Part shown: positions 25,601 through 38,519 of the stretch, in pieces | How the letters are laid out: each line of letters opens with the position of its first letter | Position numbering within the stretch: position 1 is the stretch's first letter | Assembly (NCBI RefSeq): GCF_036588685.1 | Contig: NC_086373.1 | Location: forward strand, 36,332,001 to 36,396,000 | Reading direction: 5' to 3' | Source: Mytilus trossulus | Lineage: Eukaryota | DNA: 64,000 nucleotides | Position numbers and translations under genes: made by a program | Notes under the pieces: generated by a model | Database searches by the model: none | What the model saw: only the letters and a program-made list of their open reading frames with translations | What the model was told of the DNA's origin: nothing

Positions 25601-26299
25601 AGCAACTACACATAAATCTATGATGATTGCTATGCTTATTCTTGTTTATATTTACTTTCTCCGAAATATAGTCTAATGAATTTATTTTTACGATAAAATC
25701 AGACAATATCATAACCGTTTTGACATTTCAAGAGTAGCTTAGGACCTTAACAAGACTGTTGTTGATCACATTACATTATAGATACAGGAATGCATTATGT
25801 ATCGGCAATTATCTTCGAAGCACAACATAATACCCACTGACATTGATCAGGGAGGAAATCTTGATTAAGCAAAGGTCTGTTCTATGTTTCTTTGAGTTTC
25901 AACTAAAGATGAAAAATTTTATCTTCCTTCATAATTGGTTTGGAATACTTTAAAAAATTAATATTGCTTGGTCTTCCAAGTTCTCCACGAAAGCTCGTTA
26001 CAAACTCAAACTGAGGGTAACGCATCAAATATCAGAGGAAAACAACGACACAACAGAAGCACACCATTAAAATGTAACATACACAGAAACTAACTTTATA
26101 TAATATAACAATGGCTATTTTCCTGACTTAATACAGGACATTTTAAGAAAAAAAATGGTGGGTTGAACCTGGTTTAGTGGCATTCCAAACCTCCCGTTTT
26201 AATCGAAATGTTAAATATAACATTAAAATGACAACCTTATATGACAGGATTATAATACAAATAAATGGAAGAAAATATAGGACAGATAAACTCACGAAT

Positions 26300-26480
26300 A
26301 ATAGCTAACAAAAGGTATCAGGTTTAAATTTGATACGCCAGAAGTGCGTTTCGTCCACACAAGACTAACCAGTGACGCTCAGATGAAAAAAGTTCGAAAG
26401 TCAAAACAACTTGAAAGTTGAATTGCACTGAAGACGAAAAGTTCCAAAAAGTTGTGACCAATACGGCTGAGGTTTTCTGG
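26300..26480 (-). mobile_element. Degenerate family-B retrozyme fragment
   Basis: tacgccagaagtgcgtttcgtccacacaagactaaccagtgacgctc plus matching flank. Confidence 0.65.
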
Positions 26481-26629
26481 CTTCCCATTGTTTCCAAACA
26501 ACATTCTTTTTATATAGAATATTTCATACTTCTGCAAACAGTAAATTATATCCCAGTGGGTACTTTATTCAAAAGCTTGCATTTACTTACTATAATGATT
26601 TCCTTGATAAAGGGTTTTTGCTTACAATG

Positions 26630-27100
26630 AAGCTTTAAAACCAGGATATCAAGAAGTGAGGTTAAATTCATTCCTTTGAAGAGTTTACGGACATCATCAC
26701 GGTTGGTTTACCGTTATTGAATATCTGTTTCACAGATGACGACGGATATATTCCAAAAGAGGGGTGAAAGACACCAGAGATACAGTTTATACTTATAGAT
26801 CGAAATAAACTGAAGACATAGAGGACAACCGTCGAAGCCATAATCCCGTCATCTTTTCCTCGTAAGTCATCTACCGTTTTAGACTTTTCACTGAGTATGT
26901 ACTTATATGAGCAACACTACGAGTGTCCCATATGGAGCAGGATTTACCTACCTTTTCGGAGCACCTGATATCATTCCCGTTTTAGTACACTTTGTGCTGC
27001 TCAGTCTTAAACATTATGAGGTCTGTGTTCTTGTTTATCTTTCGTAGTCTTTTCGTTTTTGCCATTGATTTGTCAGTTTGTTTACGATTGGTGAAATTCA
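26630..27100 (+). mobile_element. Older Penelope-like 3' remnant
   Basis: Diverged match to the reverse complement of 8780-9200 (tttacgg..catcac, tggagcaggatttacctaccttttcggagcacctga). Confidence 0.6.
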
Positions 27101-27685
27101 TTATGTTCTTGCCAGTAAGTAACTATCTAATGTTTCTTGAATTTAAACGATGAACCTACACGATTTGAGTCAACACCATTTTAGTCGGATTAATCTGATC
27201 AACATATTATGTTATATCTTTTAATTGTATGTGTAAATATTATTTGGATGTTATGATTTACATTTAATCTTAAAGCTCCTTGAGTACTTTTGAAAGGACA
27301 ATAACACTCACCATAGATACCAGGACTAAAATTAATGATGAGTTAATATTTAACTTATCAGTATTACTATATCAATGATAATTTATGTCAACACAGAAGT
27401 ATTCACTACAGGGTTGATGAATAAACCATTAATTGAGTTTTCTTTTATTATTTTTATTTCTGATTTTTTAGTAACTTAAATTAAGTAAATTTAATACATT
27501 TTAAATGAAATAAGAAATAAATGAAATATAATAAACTAAGTGAAAGATTGTCTTCTTTGAAATTAAATATTTTATTTTATTCTTCTTGTACCATGTTTTA
27601 CTGTCTATTAATAATATAAAAAAAACAATTTCGCATTTGTATACCTTATAATAAACGGTATGTATACTTTTAAAAATTTACTTAC

Positions 27686-27891
27686 CTTTCTAGGGCCTTG
27701 GTCATGTCATACTTGTTGTCTGTAAAGCAGCAGTCCTTATTCAGGAATTTTAGAGACACATCTGACCAGGCCAATAACAATGCATCATCCATTGGGACAC
27801 AAGCACTGTGAACCCAACGATCCCAACAACTGCATTGAATGGTGCAATCAACACATTCTTCATCACATTGAACACACGGATATAAAGCCAT
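27686..27891 (-). pseudogene. Orphan, degenerate PHD-finger exon (probably DNA-transposon derived)
   Basis: aaaATGGC start; MALYPCVQC..IQCSCWDRWVHSAC..FLNKDC follows the C4-H-C3 spacing with two ligands lost; donor AG|gtaagt at 27685; TATAAAA ~40 nt upstream. No downstream exon found. Confidence 0.6.
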
Positions 27892-28559
27892 TTTGAAAAT
27901 GGAAGACAGCACAAATGTATTCATGGTTTTTTATACAAAATTAAAGTTACTTGTAAAAACATTTATATTTGCCAATGAAAATCTTATATTTAGTTTTGAG
28001 AAAATTTTATTAGAACAAACATAAAAATCATCAAATAGATTTGAATTGAATATGTGAAAATTCTTAATTACATTTTATTTAATGTTGAGTAAATTGTTAT
28101 GAAAAGTAATGACCGATTGGAGTAATTGCATTGCTTTGATGTACTGGTTAAATTTTCAAATCCTTTCTGAAAAACAATTATTAGACAATTCTTTGTATAT
28201 ACAGTAAATTTTTTAATACTATATTTTCATAGCGTTTTCCTTTGAAGGCATATGCAATCTTTCTTTTATTCATTCAATGCGATTTCCTTGGTCGCCATCT
28301 TGGAAGTACACACCGATATCCATAATTTTATAATGATCAATATTAACTTACCTGCAACTTGTAAATCATTTTTAGGTTTTAAAATACTCTTCTATTATAA
28401 TTTTATTCAATATTATATGTTTAAAAGTCACTCAAATGTGTTAATATTGATATTTAAGTTATTCGGTCATTACATGTGTTTTTCGGATAATTACACTGTT
28501 ATTCGGTAATTCGAGGTACCGACCATCAACTGGCATCGATCACGTGCTTATAAGTAAGA

Positions 28560-28925
28560 TCATCATGTATACCAGGACTACAATTGTGTACGTCAGAAGC
28601 GTATGTCGTCTACAAAAGACACATTATTGACGCTCAATTCAATTACACTAAAAGGACAGAGTAATGTTAGAAGTTGAAGAGCATTTAGGACCCAAAAATA
28701 TGAATGATTTAGCCAAAACCAGTAAGGTAAACTTTTCCTGTGGTAGAAAATCATTAGAACAAATAATGTTGAGTAAACATTTACTTATATTATAATTATA
28801 CGAAACCAGTACTTTCATGTCAACACAGAAGTTCTGACTTCTAGACTTGTGATATCCTCCGTAACATCTGGGAACAGTATATCGTTAATATATATGTTCC
28901 TGGTAACATCGACCCAATGATTACA
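28560..28925 (-). mobile_element. Degenerate family-B retrozyme monomer
   Basis: Mutated hammerhead at ~28590-28635, followed by ~290 bp of spacer resembling the other copies. Confidence 0.6.
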
Positions 28926-29077
28926 AATAAATTAATTATGTACACAAGCTAAATTTGTAGTTTATCTGAGTTAAAGTAATAAGCATTGGATATAAGTTTT
29001 ATAACATTTGTTTGATGTAAACTTAAGTTACAGAACAGAAACGAAAAGTTCAGCATGTATTTCAGTTGTAAAGAGCA

Positions 29078-29507
29078 TAATAACATTAACGTTACCAATT
29101 ATTCTGCAACATATGCGCATTTCGACAATAAATGTCCCTTCAGTGATGCTCGAGGCCAAAATATTTTTAAATTAACATCTTATTAAAAAGATGAAGAGCT
29201 ATAATTCAAAAAGGTACAAAAAGCATAACCAAAGCCGGTGAAGGAATCAGTGCTTTCTATGAGGGAGATCCATTTCTTAAAATAAAATAATTTCTAACAT
29301 TTTGCAAAAGCAAAATTTGATAGAAAAAAAGCAGTATTTTCATGACATAACCGAAGTACTAGCCACTGGGCTAGTGATTTCCTCGGGAACTAACTGTCCA
29401 CCAGAAGAAGTATCGACCCAGTTGTTGTAATAACATTACCGAAACCAATTGTTCTACACCAGATATGCATTTCGACAAGAAAAGTCTTTTCAGTGATGTT
29501 CGAGTTC
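29078..29507 (-). mobile_element. Degenerate family-A retrozyme with two mutated hammerheads (29106-29149, 29456-29499; 350-bp spacing)
   Basis: Collinear with 3269-3690. Cores are mutated to CUGAAGG and CUGAAAA. Confidence 0.82.
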
Positions 29508-31007
29508 AAAACATAACTCTTGAAATGTAAAAGTGACGACAACAATATTTAAAGTTGATCTGTTTTTAATTGTTTTACGAATTTCGTATAGGTGTCATAA
29601 TATTTGGTTAAGACAAACTTAAGTTAGAGAACCGAAACAATATATGAAGCATAGTTCTGAAATGGTCACGGTAAAAGTGAAGCCATCAAATTCGAACTTG
29701 ATTTGTGTATTGTGGAAATAAGCATTTTGTTTAAGTTTCATAAAATTTGGTTGAGACGCAAACGAAAGTTCTGCATTTGTTAAGGGAGATAACTCTGGTT
29801 GGAAAAAAGTGCTTTCTTTATATATTCGATAAAGTAGAGTTTTGTTTCTATTTAAAGTTATTCTTTATGAGAAACAATGAATACAGTTCATGCATGTCTA
29901 TGCAAGTTAAAAGTATTGCATGTCACATTACCATTTTTTAATCGTAAAATAATGATCATATTCAAATGTAAACCATCGGGAAGTGGTCAGTAAATCTAAA
30001 CAAAATATGTGTGATCTCTGATGTAAAGGGTTAATATGATAATTTTTAAGGGAGTGGAAGTCAGTTTTCTTTTAATTAATTATGTCGAGCAACAATCCGC
30101 AAGAGCTTAAATGAGGTGGAAAGTCAGCATGGAAAATGTGACAAAATTCAAACGAGAAACTAACGGCCTAATCATAACAAAACAATTCACGAATTAAAAT
30201 GACAGACATGAATCAACAATAGACATTGCATAACACTTACAGGTTCTTATCTTGGGACAGATAAAGAATGAGAAGTCACTGTGGGTAAAAGAAAACTGTG
30301 CGCTTCTTTGTCACCTACATGTAAACTGATACAATTTTATAACAGCACACCATAGGGACAAACTATAACAACCAGTTGGAATGGTTTGACTCAATAGATT
30401 GATACAAATCGCACACAAACAAAAACAAATAAAACAATAACAAAAGGCACGAAGCAGTAATAGAAGAGTTCTTGGCTTTATTGAAAGTAAGTTAAAAGAC
30501 AATAACAATTAATAATGATTCAAATTAGTTTTGACACTCAGTGATTTTATAAATTGTAAAATAATAATAACATAAAGAGCTCAAGAATTTTAGCAAGAAC
30601 ATCAAATTAATTTAAATCGTGTCTTCGCTGACTGTCTATGGCGTTAAAACACTCAATCACAAGGGTGCATTTTGACTCATTTTTGTCTCTGGTGCATGAA
30701 TTTTAATTATTAATTGTTAAATTATTAAAACTGTGTTTTTAAAACTAGCGTTCTACTCAAATCATGCTTTCGTGTTGGTTTGACCCGTTGACATAATTTG
30801 TAATGCATTTGTTTTATTCAATGTTTGATTGTTTTGTGATATATTTTTCTCACTATTTTTTTATATTTCCAAGCTTTGGTTAGCGTTCAGAATAACGATA
30901 AACTTTCATTTCTGTTCTTGTACTATTAACAACAAATTTGTTTTATAAAATAAAACCATATGCCTGCACTCCTAACAACAAAATTAACAAGATGACTTAA
31001 GTTACCT

Positions 31008-31482
31008 TTAATCACAGAATCCATTTTTTGGCAAAAACATAACAAACAAATAGCTATTGTGGAATAACGGCCACAGTTCACTTAGAATGACGAGGTCTGA
31101 CATGATTACAGAATGCCGACATGCTAGTTTTAACTGACAAATCTGTGCACCATTGGTAGCAATGGATGCTCAAGTTCCTCCAGGTTAAATTCTAAAGAGA
31201 ACGAGGGTTATGATCCCCAAATACGTCGGGTCTTATTCGCATCACCCCCTGGTTTCAGGGGAGTAAAGATTAACATTTTTTATATTATAAAACACTGAAT
31301 ACATAGGCCATTCTATGTATCATTAACAGTCAAGCTCGAACTGGTACCAATTCAGAACCGGCCACTCAGGGTAGACATGAGATGGTCTCAACAGAACTTC
31401 CTGCGGTACCGCGGGAAAGTAAAAACCTAATATGATCCGACGTACAATTACGGGAAACGATCATAACCCCTTAATCTTGCCA
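31008..31482. repeat. 475-bp direct repeat, copy 1
   Basis: Identical to 32052-32526 except for 2 substitutions. Confidence 0.95.
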
Positions 31483-32051
31483 GATCCCGACATCCTTTTT
31501 GACTGTGACGAGTGATTTTATTACAAAATAATGAACAATTAGAATCGAGTAATTAAAATAAATGCTGCATGATTTTTATCCAAATAAAGTCAAAAGTTAA
31601 ATGCATCTAGGCGAAGAACTAATACCAGGTATTAGTAATTCCATTTTCACACTGAATGTGTCTAAATATTTAGATAAAGGTGGTAGCCATTCATGAAAAT
31701 TAGCATTGACATAATAATTATAGTTCTCGAAAGTATCATTCAGCTAGCAAATCCATCGGCTTGATTGTCTCCTCTGTTTTGTCCAAAAAGTTATGAATCC
31801 GGCATGTTCTGGTCATTCTGAAAAGATAAATAAAACAGCAGCAGACACAAGAATTGTTATTAGATGGCAGATTGCAAGGGGAGGTGGGTGGGTTTTTGAA
31901 ACTTTTACATATCTACAAGATTGGCTAGTGCAATGTAATGCTGACGAGTCATGTGACGTTGATTGGCGGGAAACAAGAACCGGATCCGAATGAGGCAATA
32001 ATCATTTCTCTTTAATTAAATTGGTTTATCTTATAAAAGCGATAAACCGTA

Positions 32052-32526
32052 TTAATCACAGAATCCATTTTTTGGCAAAACATAACAAACAAATAGCTAT
32101 TGTGGAAATAACGGCCACAGTTCACTTAGAATGACGAGGTCTGACATGATTACAGAATGCCGACATGCTAGTTTTAACTGACAAATCTGTGCACCATTGG
32201 TAGCAATGGATGCTCAAGTTCCTCCAGGTTAAATTCTAAAGAGAACGAGGGTTATGATCCCCAAATACGTCGGGTCTTATTCGCATCACCCCCTGGTTTC
32301 AGGGGAGTAAAGATTAACATTTTTTATATTATAAAACACTGAATACATAGGCCATACTATGTATCATTAACAGTCAAGCTCGAACTGGTACCAATTCAGA
32401 ACCGGCCACTCAGGGTAGACATGAGATGGTCTCAACAGAACTTCCTGCGGTACCGCAGGAAAGTAAAAACCTAATATGATCCGACGTACAATTACGGGAA
32501 ACGATCATAACCCCTTAATCTTGCCA
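32052..32526. repeat. 475-bp direct repeat, copy 2
   Basis: Identical to 31008-31482 except for 2 substitutions. Confidence 0.95.
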
Positions 32527-33295
32527 CTTGAGTGTGTCTATACACACTCACCAGAATTTCCCCCCCCTTTTCCTACAACATAAAGGTCCATTTAGGTGAA
32601 CTAGCTAAGAAGGCATTATTCTTTGTTAATATGTTTGAATCTTAGACAATCATATTTTTCCTTTTGTAATAGCTTTGTTATAAAGGTGCTGTTTTTGAAG
32701 ATATCACTTCTTTCGTTGTATTATCCATGTTATATATATATATATTTATCATCATAAAACGCATTGTTTTAGCAGTAATACATCCACTGATAAACCGATC
32801 ATGAATTACCAATGGGTTTACTAAAAGAGTTATCTCGCCTTAACCGGCTTAGTTGAACAAAATGTATTCTAAAAGCACATATGTTTGGAACTTGTTAAAT
32901 ATTTCTAAGAGATATAATGCGATAAATCAGGAAGTTTCTTCATAAAAATAAACAGTATAATCAATAAAACTGAACATCTGTGTATACATTCGGAGATTTG
33001 GGTAATAACTAGATTGATTGGTCACTGCAAGAGTACAATGCAAGATGGTGGTATGCCATGAATCTACTCAATTGCTTTGTTAATCTGTAATATGCACTAA
33101 TATTAGTTTTCCATTTTCAATTTTATAATCCTCTACAATGTTTACGAAAATACATTACCTGTATATATAATAAGTGCTATCCTAGGCACTCCTTCAAAGT
33201 CGTGTAAGTAACGTGACCAATATTTTAGAAACCAAGCGAGTAGAACGTACAAAAAAAAAAATCATATCAATCAATACATAGAAAGTACCACATAT

Positions 33296-33575
33296 CCTGT
33301 ACTAACATGACTAAAATTGGCAATCACATGCATTCCTAGTAGTACTTAAAATTCGGATACAGCTAAGCAGTATGTGCCGCTTTTTTGGAAAGTTCAAACT
33401 TGAATAGTTTTACGTCGAATATATTTTGTGACCTAAAAGAACTAGGCGTTTCCTGTACTAAATTGGCTACCCCATGCATTCCTAGTAGTACTTAAAAATT
33501 CGAATACATGTTTTTGGAAAGTTCTATCTTGAATAGTTTTGCGTCGAATATATTTTGTGACCTAAAAGAACGAGG
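33296..33575. repeat. Imperfect tandem duplication (~155/125 bp)
   Basis: tcctgtactaa...catgcattcctagtagtacttaaaa...cgtcgaatatattttgtgacctaaaagaac occurs twice. Confidence 0.85.
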
Positions 33576-34575
33576 TGCTAGAGTAAAATTCCATGGTATT
33601 ACTTTAAGTAATGGATAGTTGATTTATTCCGACTAGAATTAAAAAGATTGTGTCCATCAGCTTCTAGATAAGAATGCTAAATGTTCTCTTTGATAGAAGG
33701 AAATAGATCAAGAGTATTTGAAATAAATTTAAAAATTCATCGAGTTTCCCATCTGGATAATATGCGTGTTCGTTTGTAAAAGTCCTTAACAGTAACTTAT
33801 ATACCGCATATTTGTTTTGTTTCTAAAAATAGATGTGGGGAAGCCTATAGTTCGTGCCGACATGTAAAATAAATATGATAGTAAAATACAAACGTATTAA
33901 AACATCAATGTTCACATATCTGAGTTAGATAAGACAATCAAAAATAATCTAAACAATACATGTACATGTATCATGTGTATATATACAATAACATTATCGC
34001 ACTTCAAAGTATAGAGGATGTTGTGTACCATGCTCTGTCTGCTGCTTCGTGAGTTATAAAGTAATTTGATAATTGTGTGAATAGTGCACATAATTCTCTT
34101 ATGTTCTCTAAGTTGACTTGTTGGTAAACTAATTGTCCTGTTCATGAGCATATAAGTAAGCTATTTGAAACCTATACAGACTATTGCTTGTATAACTATA
34201 TTTGCTTGTATCACTTTATGAACTATATTTACGCAAGTCAGAAAATTTAGGGTTGGGCTTGGTATGTAGGATTTAACAACGTAAACATGAGCTCTGCAAA
34301 TCTCTCACAAGTTCAACTGACGTGATATTTCATATCAAAATCAAATATCAAATTTAATATAAGCATATTTTACAACAGGAACACATGCATAATGTAAATA
34401 GCTAGGCAAACATGCAAAAATTAAAACAAGCAAGCTAACAAGAAAATAAACGCAAATTGAAAAGTATAAATATATACATGTAACTGAGAAGCTCCCTCGT
34501 GTAAATAGAATTGGTATGATTTAATTAGACAACTCTTCACAGTAGAACAAACGGCAAATAAAATAATAACAAAAA

Positions 34576-34902
34576 GTCATTTTACTGCCTTCAACAACGA
34601 GCAGAGCCCATGCCACATTAACTATAATTATTAGTAGTCACTTTTCTGCCTTTATTTATGAGCAGAGCCCATGCCACATTAACTATAATTAGTCACTTTT
34701 CTGCCTTCATTTATGAGCAGGGCTCATATACTGCATTAATATCAATAAGTCAGTGTACTGCCGTCAACAATGAGCAGAGCCCAAGTCGCATTAATAACAT
34801 TTAGTCACTTTTCTGCCTACAACAATGAGCAGTGCCCATACTGCATTAAACGAAGTCATTGTACTGCATTCAACAATGAGCAGAGCCCATGATACTGCAT
34901 TA
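34576..34902. repeat. Minisatellite, 6 x ~55 bp, inside an interspersed repeat
   Basis: Unit agtca..tactgccttcaacaatgagcagagcccat..gcattaa; the single-copy version is at 2350-2400. Confidence 0.85.
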
Positions 34903-36042
34903 AAGAGTAATTAAAAACCAAAAAGAAAAATGTTAAACAAGTCAAACGAGAAAACAGTAGGCATAATTTATGTACATTTTTTTTTTATATAGTAATGCCG
35001 TTTTAAGTGTATCAAACAGTTTAGGAAATATTTAAGACTGTACATGTTCAAAGGATTTCCACTAGTAAATATTTTAATCTAAGCCATCGACTCTGATGGA
35101 TTTAATCTAAAGCTATCGCGTCATCCGCCACAAAATTTCTCTTCTAACTCTCATATAGTGTATTTCATCTATTACACGTCAGCAGAGCCATCTAACACAT
35201 AGTGTAAAATTGTGTATAATAGTGGTAGAATCTATGAAGTAAATAAAGATGAGGAATTTGCACTTATTGCCCTCGTGTGTATCTTGTGTGTAATAGCGCT
35301 AGGTGCGTCTTCAAAACGACTACATGGTTATATAATTTATGTACATTAAAGCAGACATGTAAAAAAGGCCACGAATTAAATATATGACATCAAATTATAA
35401 TAATAAATAATCCTTTCAGTAATCTTATCTTATCACCATCAGATTATCTTATTCCTAATGAGATAAATATCAATTAGAATAATTATACACCACAAAACAT
35501 CAACTTTTTATTTTTATTTTTTATATATATATAAATTCAACATACCGAGGTTAAAGCTTGACGAAATCTGCAAACCGCTGGAAACAGGTAGTGAATTCTG
35601 TTTGGATCAGTGGTTTTCCTTCTTTTAAATCGTGTTTTCCTTACAAGTGCATCTTGTGCTGTGTTGAATTCTAAACGGGGGCTCCTGGTGTGAAGATTTT
35701 GTTCTGCCATTAAATAATTTATTGATCACCGGTCAATGAGCCACTGACAAATTGTCATTCGAGCATTGTATAACTTTTATGGCGAAGATACATTATTAAA
35801 TTGTTCTAATAATCTCACAAACATAAACATGTCGAAAGAAGCTGGATGTGTTCCTCGTGTTGATGACTCGGTTGATGGCATTGGATCGTGTGGTGACCGT
35901 TCGGTTTACCTTTTAATATCGTCGTTTGCTGACCCTTGCAAATGAAAATCCTTTCTTGGAGAATTGTCTTGTCTCTACGATAGATTCATTTCAAAATATT
36001 AGAATATGATATGCGGATGTCAAAGATATTTTACGATTGCAT

Positions 36043-36201
36043 TTTTTGAAACTTTTACATATCTACAAGATTGGCTAGTGCAATGTAATGCTGACGAGTC
36101 ATGTGACGTTGATTGGTGGGAAACAAGAACCGGATCCGAATGAGGCAATAATCATTTCTCTTTAATTAAATTGGTTTATCTTATAAAAGCGAGAAACCGT
36201 A
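36043..36201. repeat. 159-bp duplicate of 31893-32051
   Basis: 2 substitutions in 159 bp. Confidence 0.92.
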
Positions 36202-36379
36202 ATATACGTTAATTTATACTTTTTTATCCCAAGTTATAGTTGTCTTTTTGACATCGTTTTAAGTATTGTAGTATTTATGTTGTATCCTAAATCAAATTTT
36301 TCCGTTCGTTGTATGTTTACTTGTTTAGTATATATTTTGTTTGATCGAGTTAAACCATTTCAATTGATAGTTTGAATTA

Positions 36380-36580
36380 TTCTAAATACTAAGGATGTTC
36401 TTATCCCAGGCAGAACAACCCTGGCTGTATTAGGCACAACTTTTGGTTCTCAATGCTCTTCACCTTAGAACTTTTTTTGGCCTTTGAATTTTTTTATCTG
36501 AGCTTTCTGGTTAGTCTTGTGTAGACAAAACGCGCGTCTGGCGTATTTAATTATGAACCTGGAACTTTTTAATAGCTATT
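36380..36580 (+). mobile_element. Degenerate family-B retrozyme fragment
   Basis: ctggttagtcttgtgtagacaaaacgcgcgtctggcgtat; reverse complement of the 26300-26480 type. Confidence 0.65.
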
Positions 36581-38519
36581 ATTCGTGTTTCTCTTTCTTG
36601 TATGTTCTCCCTTTTATTTATATTGTAGTCCTGTCATGTAATGTTGACATTTCAATGTTGTATTTAACATTGCCATTAAAGCAGTAGGATTGGCTAGCAA
36701 TAAAAACCAAGTTCGACCTACCTTTTTTTCTAAATTGTCCTGTAACAAGTCAGGAAATGGGCAATTGTTATTGTATAGTTTGTTTCTGTGTATGTTGCAT
36801 GTCGTTTGCTTTTTTTTCACTTAATTCAGTGTTTCTGTTGTTTTGTTGTCGTAATGTACTATAGTGTAATGTTTATTTACGTAATTCTCTGACCTGAATA
36901 TTCTTGCAATTATTTTTACTGTTATGATATGATCTCATCTCAGTGTTATATATAACATTGGCATAAAAGTGCGAGGTTTGGCTAGCCACAAAACCAGGTT
37001 CAACCCACAATTTGTTTTCTAAAATGTCCTGTACCAAGTCAGAAACATGCCCATTGTTATATTATAGTTCGTTTCTGTGTGTGTAACATTTTAGTGTCGT
37101 GTTTCTGTTATGTCGTAGTTCTTCTCTCATATTTGATGTGTTTCCCCAAGTTTAAGTTTGTAACCCGGATTTGTTTTTTCTCTCAATCGATTTATGTATT
37201 TTGAACAGCGGTATACTACTGTTGTCTTTGCTAAAAAGTATTTCTATATATGTTGTAATGTTAAAATACTGTATCTGGTAAGGATGCAGGTTGGCGCCTG
37301 TTAAAACGGACAAACCTGCATTTGTGTCCATATGTCCTTAGTCAGGAACCTATTGTGCAGTGGTTATCGTTTATTGGTGTGATTCATCCGTATTACTCGT
37401 TTCTCGTTTTTATATATAGATAAGACCTTTGGTTATCCTGTTTTGGATGGTTTTACAGTAGTCATAGTTGGATCTGGCGTACTATATTATAAACCTGGTA
37501 CCTTTGATAACTAACCACGTGTCTGGCGTACTAAATTATAATCAAGGTACCTTTGATTACTATTTATACAAGTAGTTTGCTGTTCGGGTTTAGACAAGTC
37601 TCCATGTTGAAAACTATAATATGACTTTATAAATGCTTACTTTCACAGATTAAGACTTGAATAATGAGTTGTCTAATACCACATTATCTTATATCTTTAT
37701 AATATAATAGATGAATGTTTAGACTGCATTCGGTATCGCATAATGAGGAGATTTTGAAGATTGAATCAAGATTTGAACGAATACATGTGTCTATAATAAT
37801 AGCTTTGAATATTGTTTCATTGATGTGTGTTTTCCGTCTTTTTTCGTTGTTTATTATTTTGGCATGATTTTGTTAGTCTTTCTTTGACTTCTGAATTTTC
37901 CCTTTGCGAATAGTCGACCTCTTTTTGTGACGGATGACTTCATTTCAGATACAAATGTGTTACACGCACGCGGAAGTTATACAATTTATTCATAATTGGT
38001 CCTATAAAAAGTCCATTCATCTATTTTCAAATGTTTGCTTTTTTTTTTAAATTTGTTGCTGTTGTTTCACATCGTAATTTGTTGTTGTTGTTTCACATCG
38101 AAGACAAGAGTTAACTTGAATGAAAATATAATAGCATGAAAATCATTGTTAGCCGATAGGATATTGATTATTTATTTTTATTTTTTTTAGTTTCGTTTCA
38201 AAGATCATTACAGCTTCAAATAGACTATATATAAAAGTAAGAAATCTCTCTTTGTACTTTAATTTATTCAGTAAAGAAGCACTTGCAAAGTTTAATGGTA
38301 ATGGTCAATTTTTTAAGAAGTATTTTTGACAGACAAAAAATATAAACTTTTGTGGATTTTTTTTACAATAACACCCCGACGTACAGATTGAAATACAATT
38401 TGGAAAGTGTGTAAAAGAGAAGGATCAATTATATCCTTATCATTTTCAAAGTAGCATTCACTTCTTAATCAATCTCTTGTTCATATAACATATTATCATT
38501 CAAAACTTAATTTGAGCAA

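Noticed and set aside
31008-32526. LTR retrotransposon or TRIM call
   Set aside because: No TG...CA termini, primer-binding site, polypurine tract or target-site duplication that I could identify.
34576-34902. Repeat-spacer appearance resembling a CRISPR array
   Set aside because: Eukaryotic context, no cas genes, and the units are wholly homologous tandem monomers with no unique spacers.
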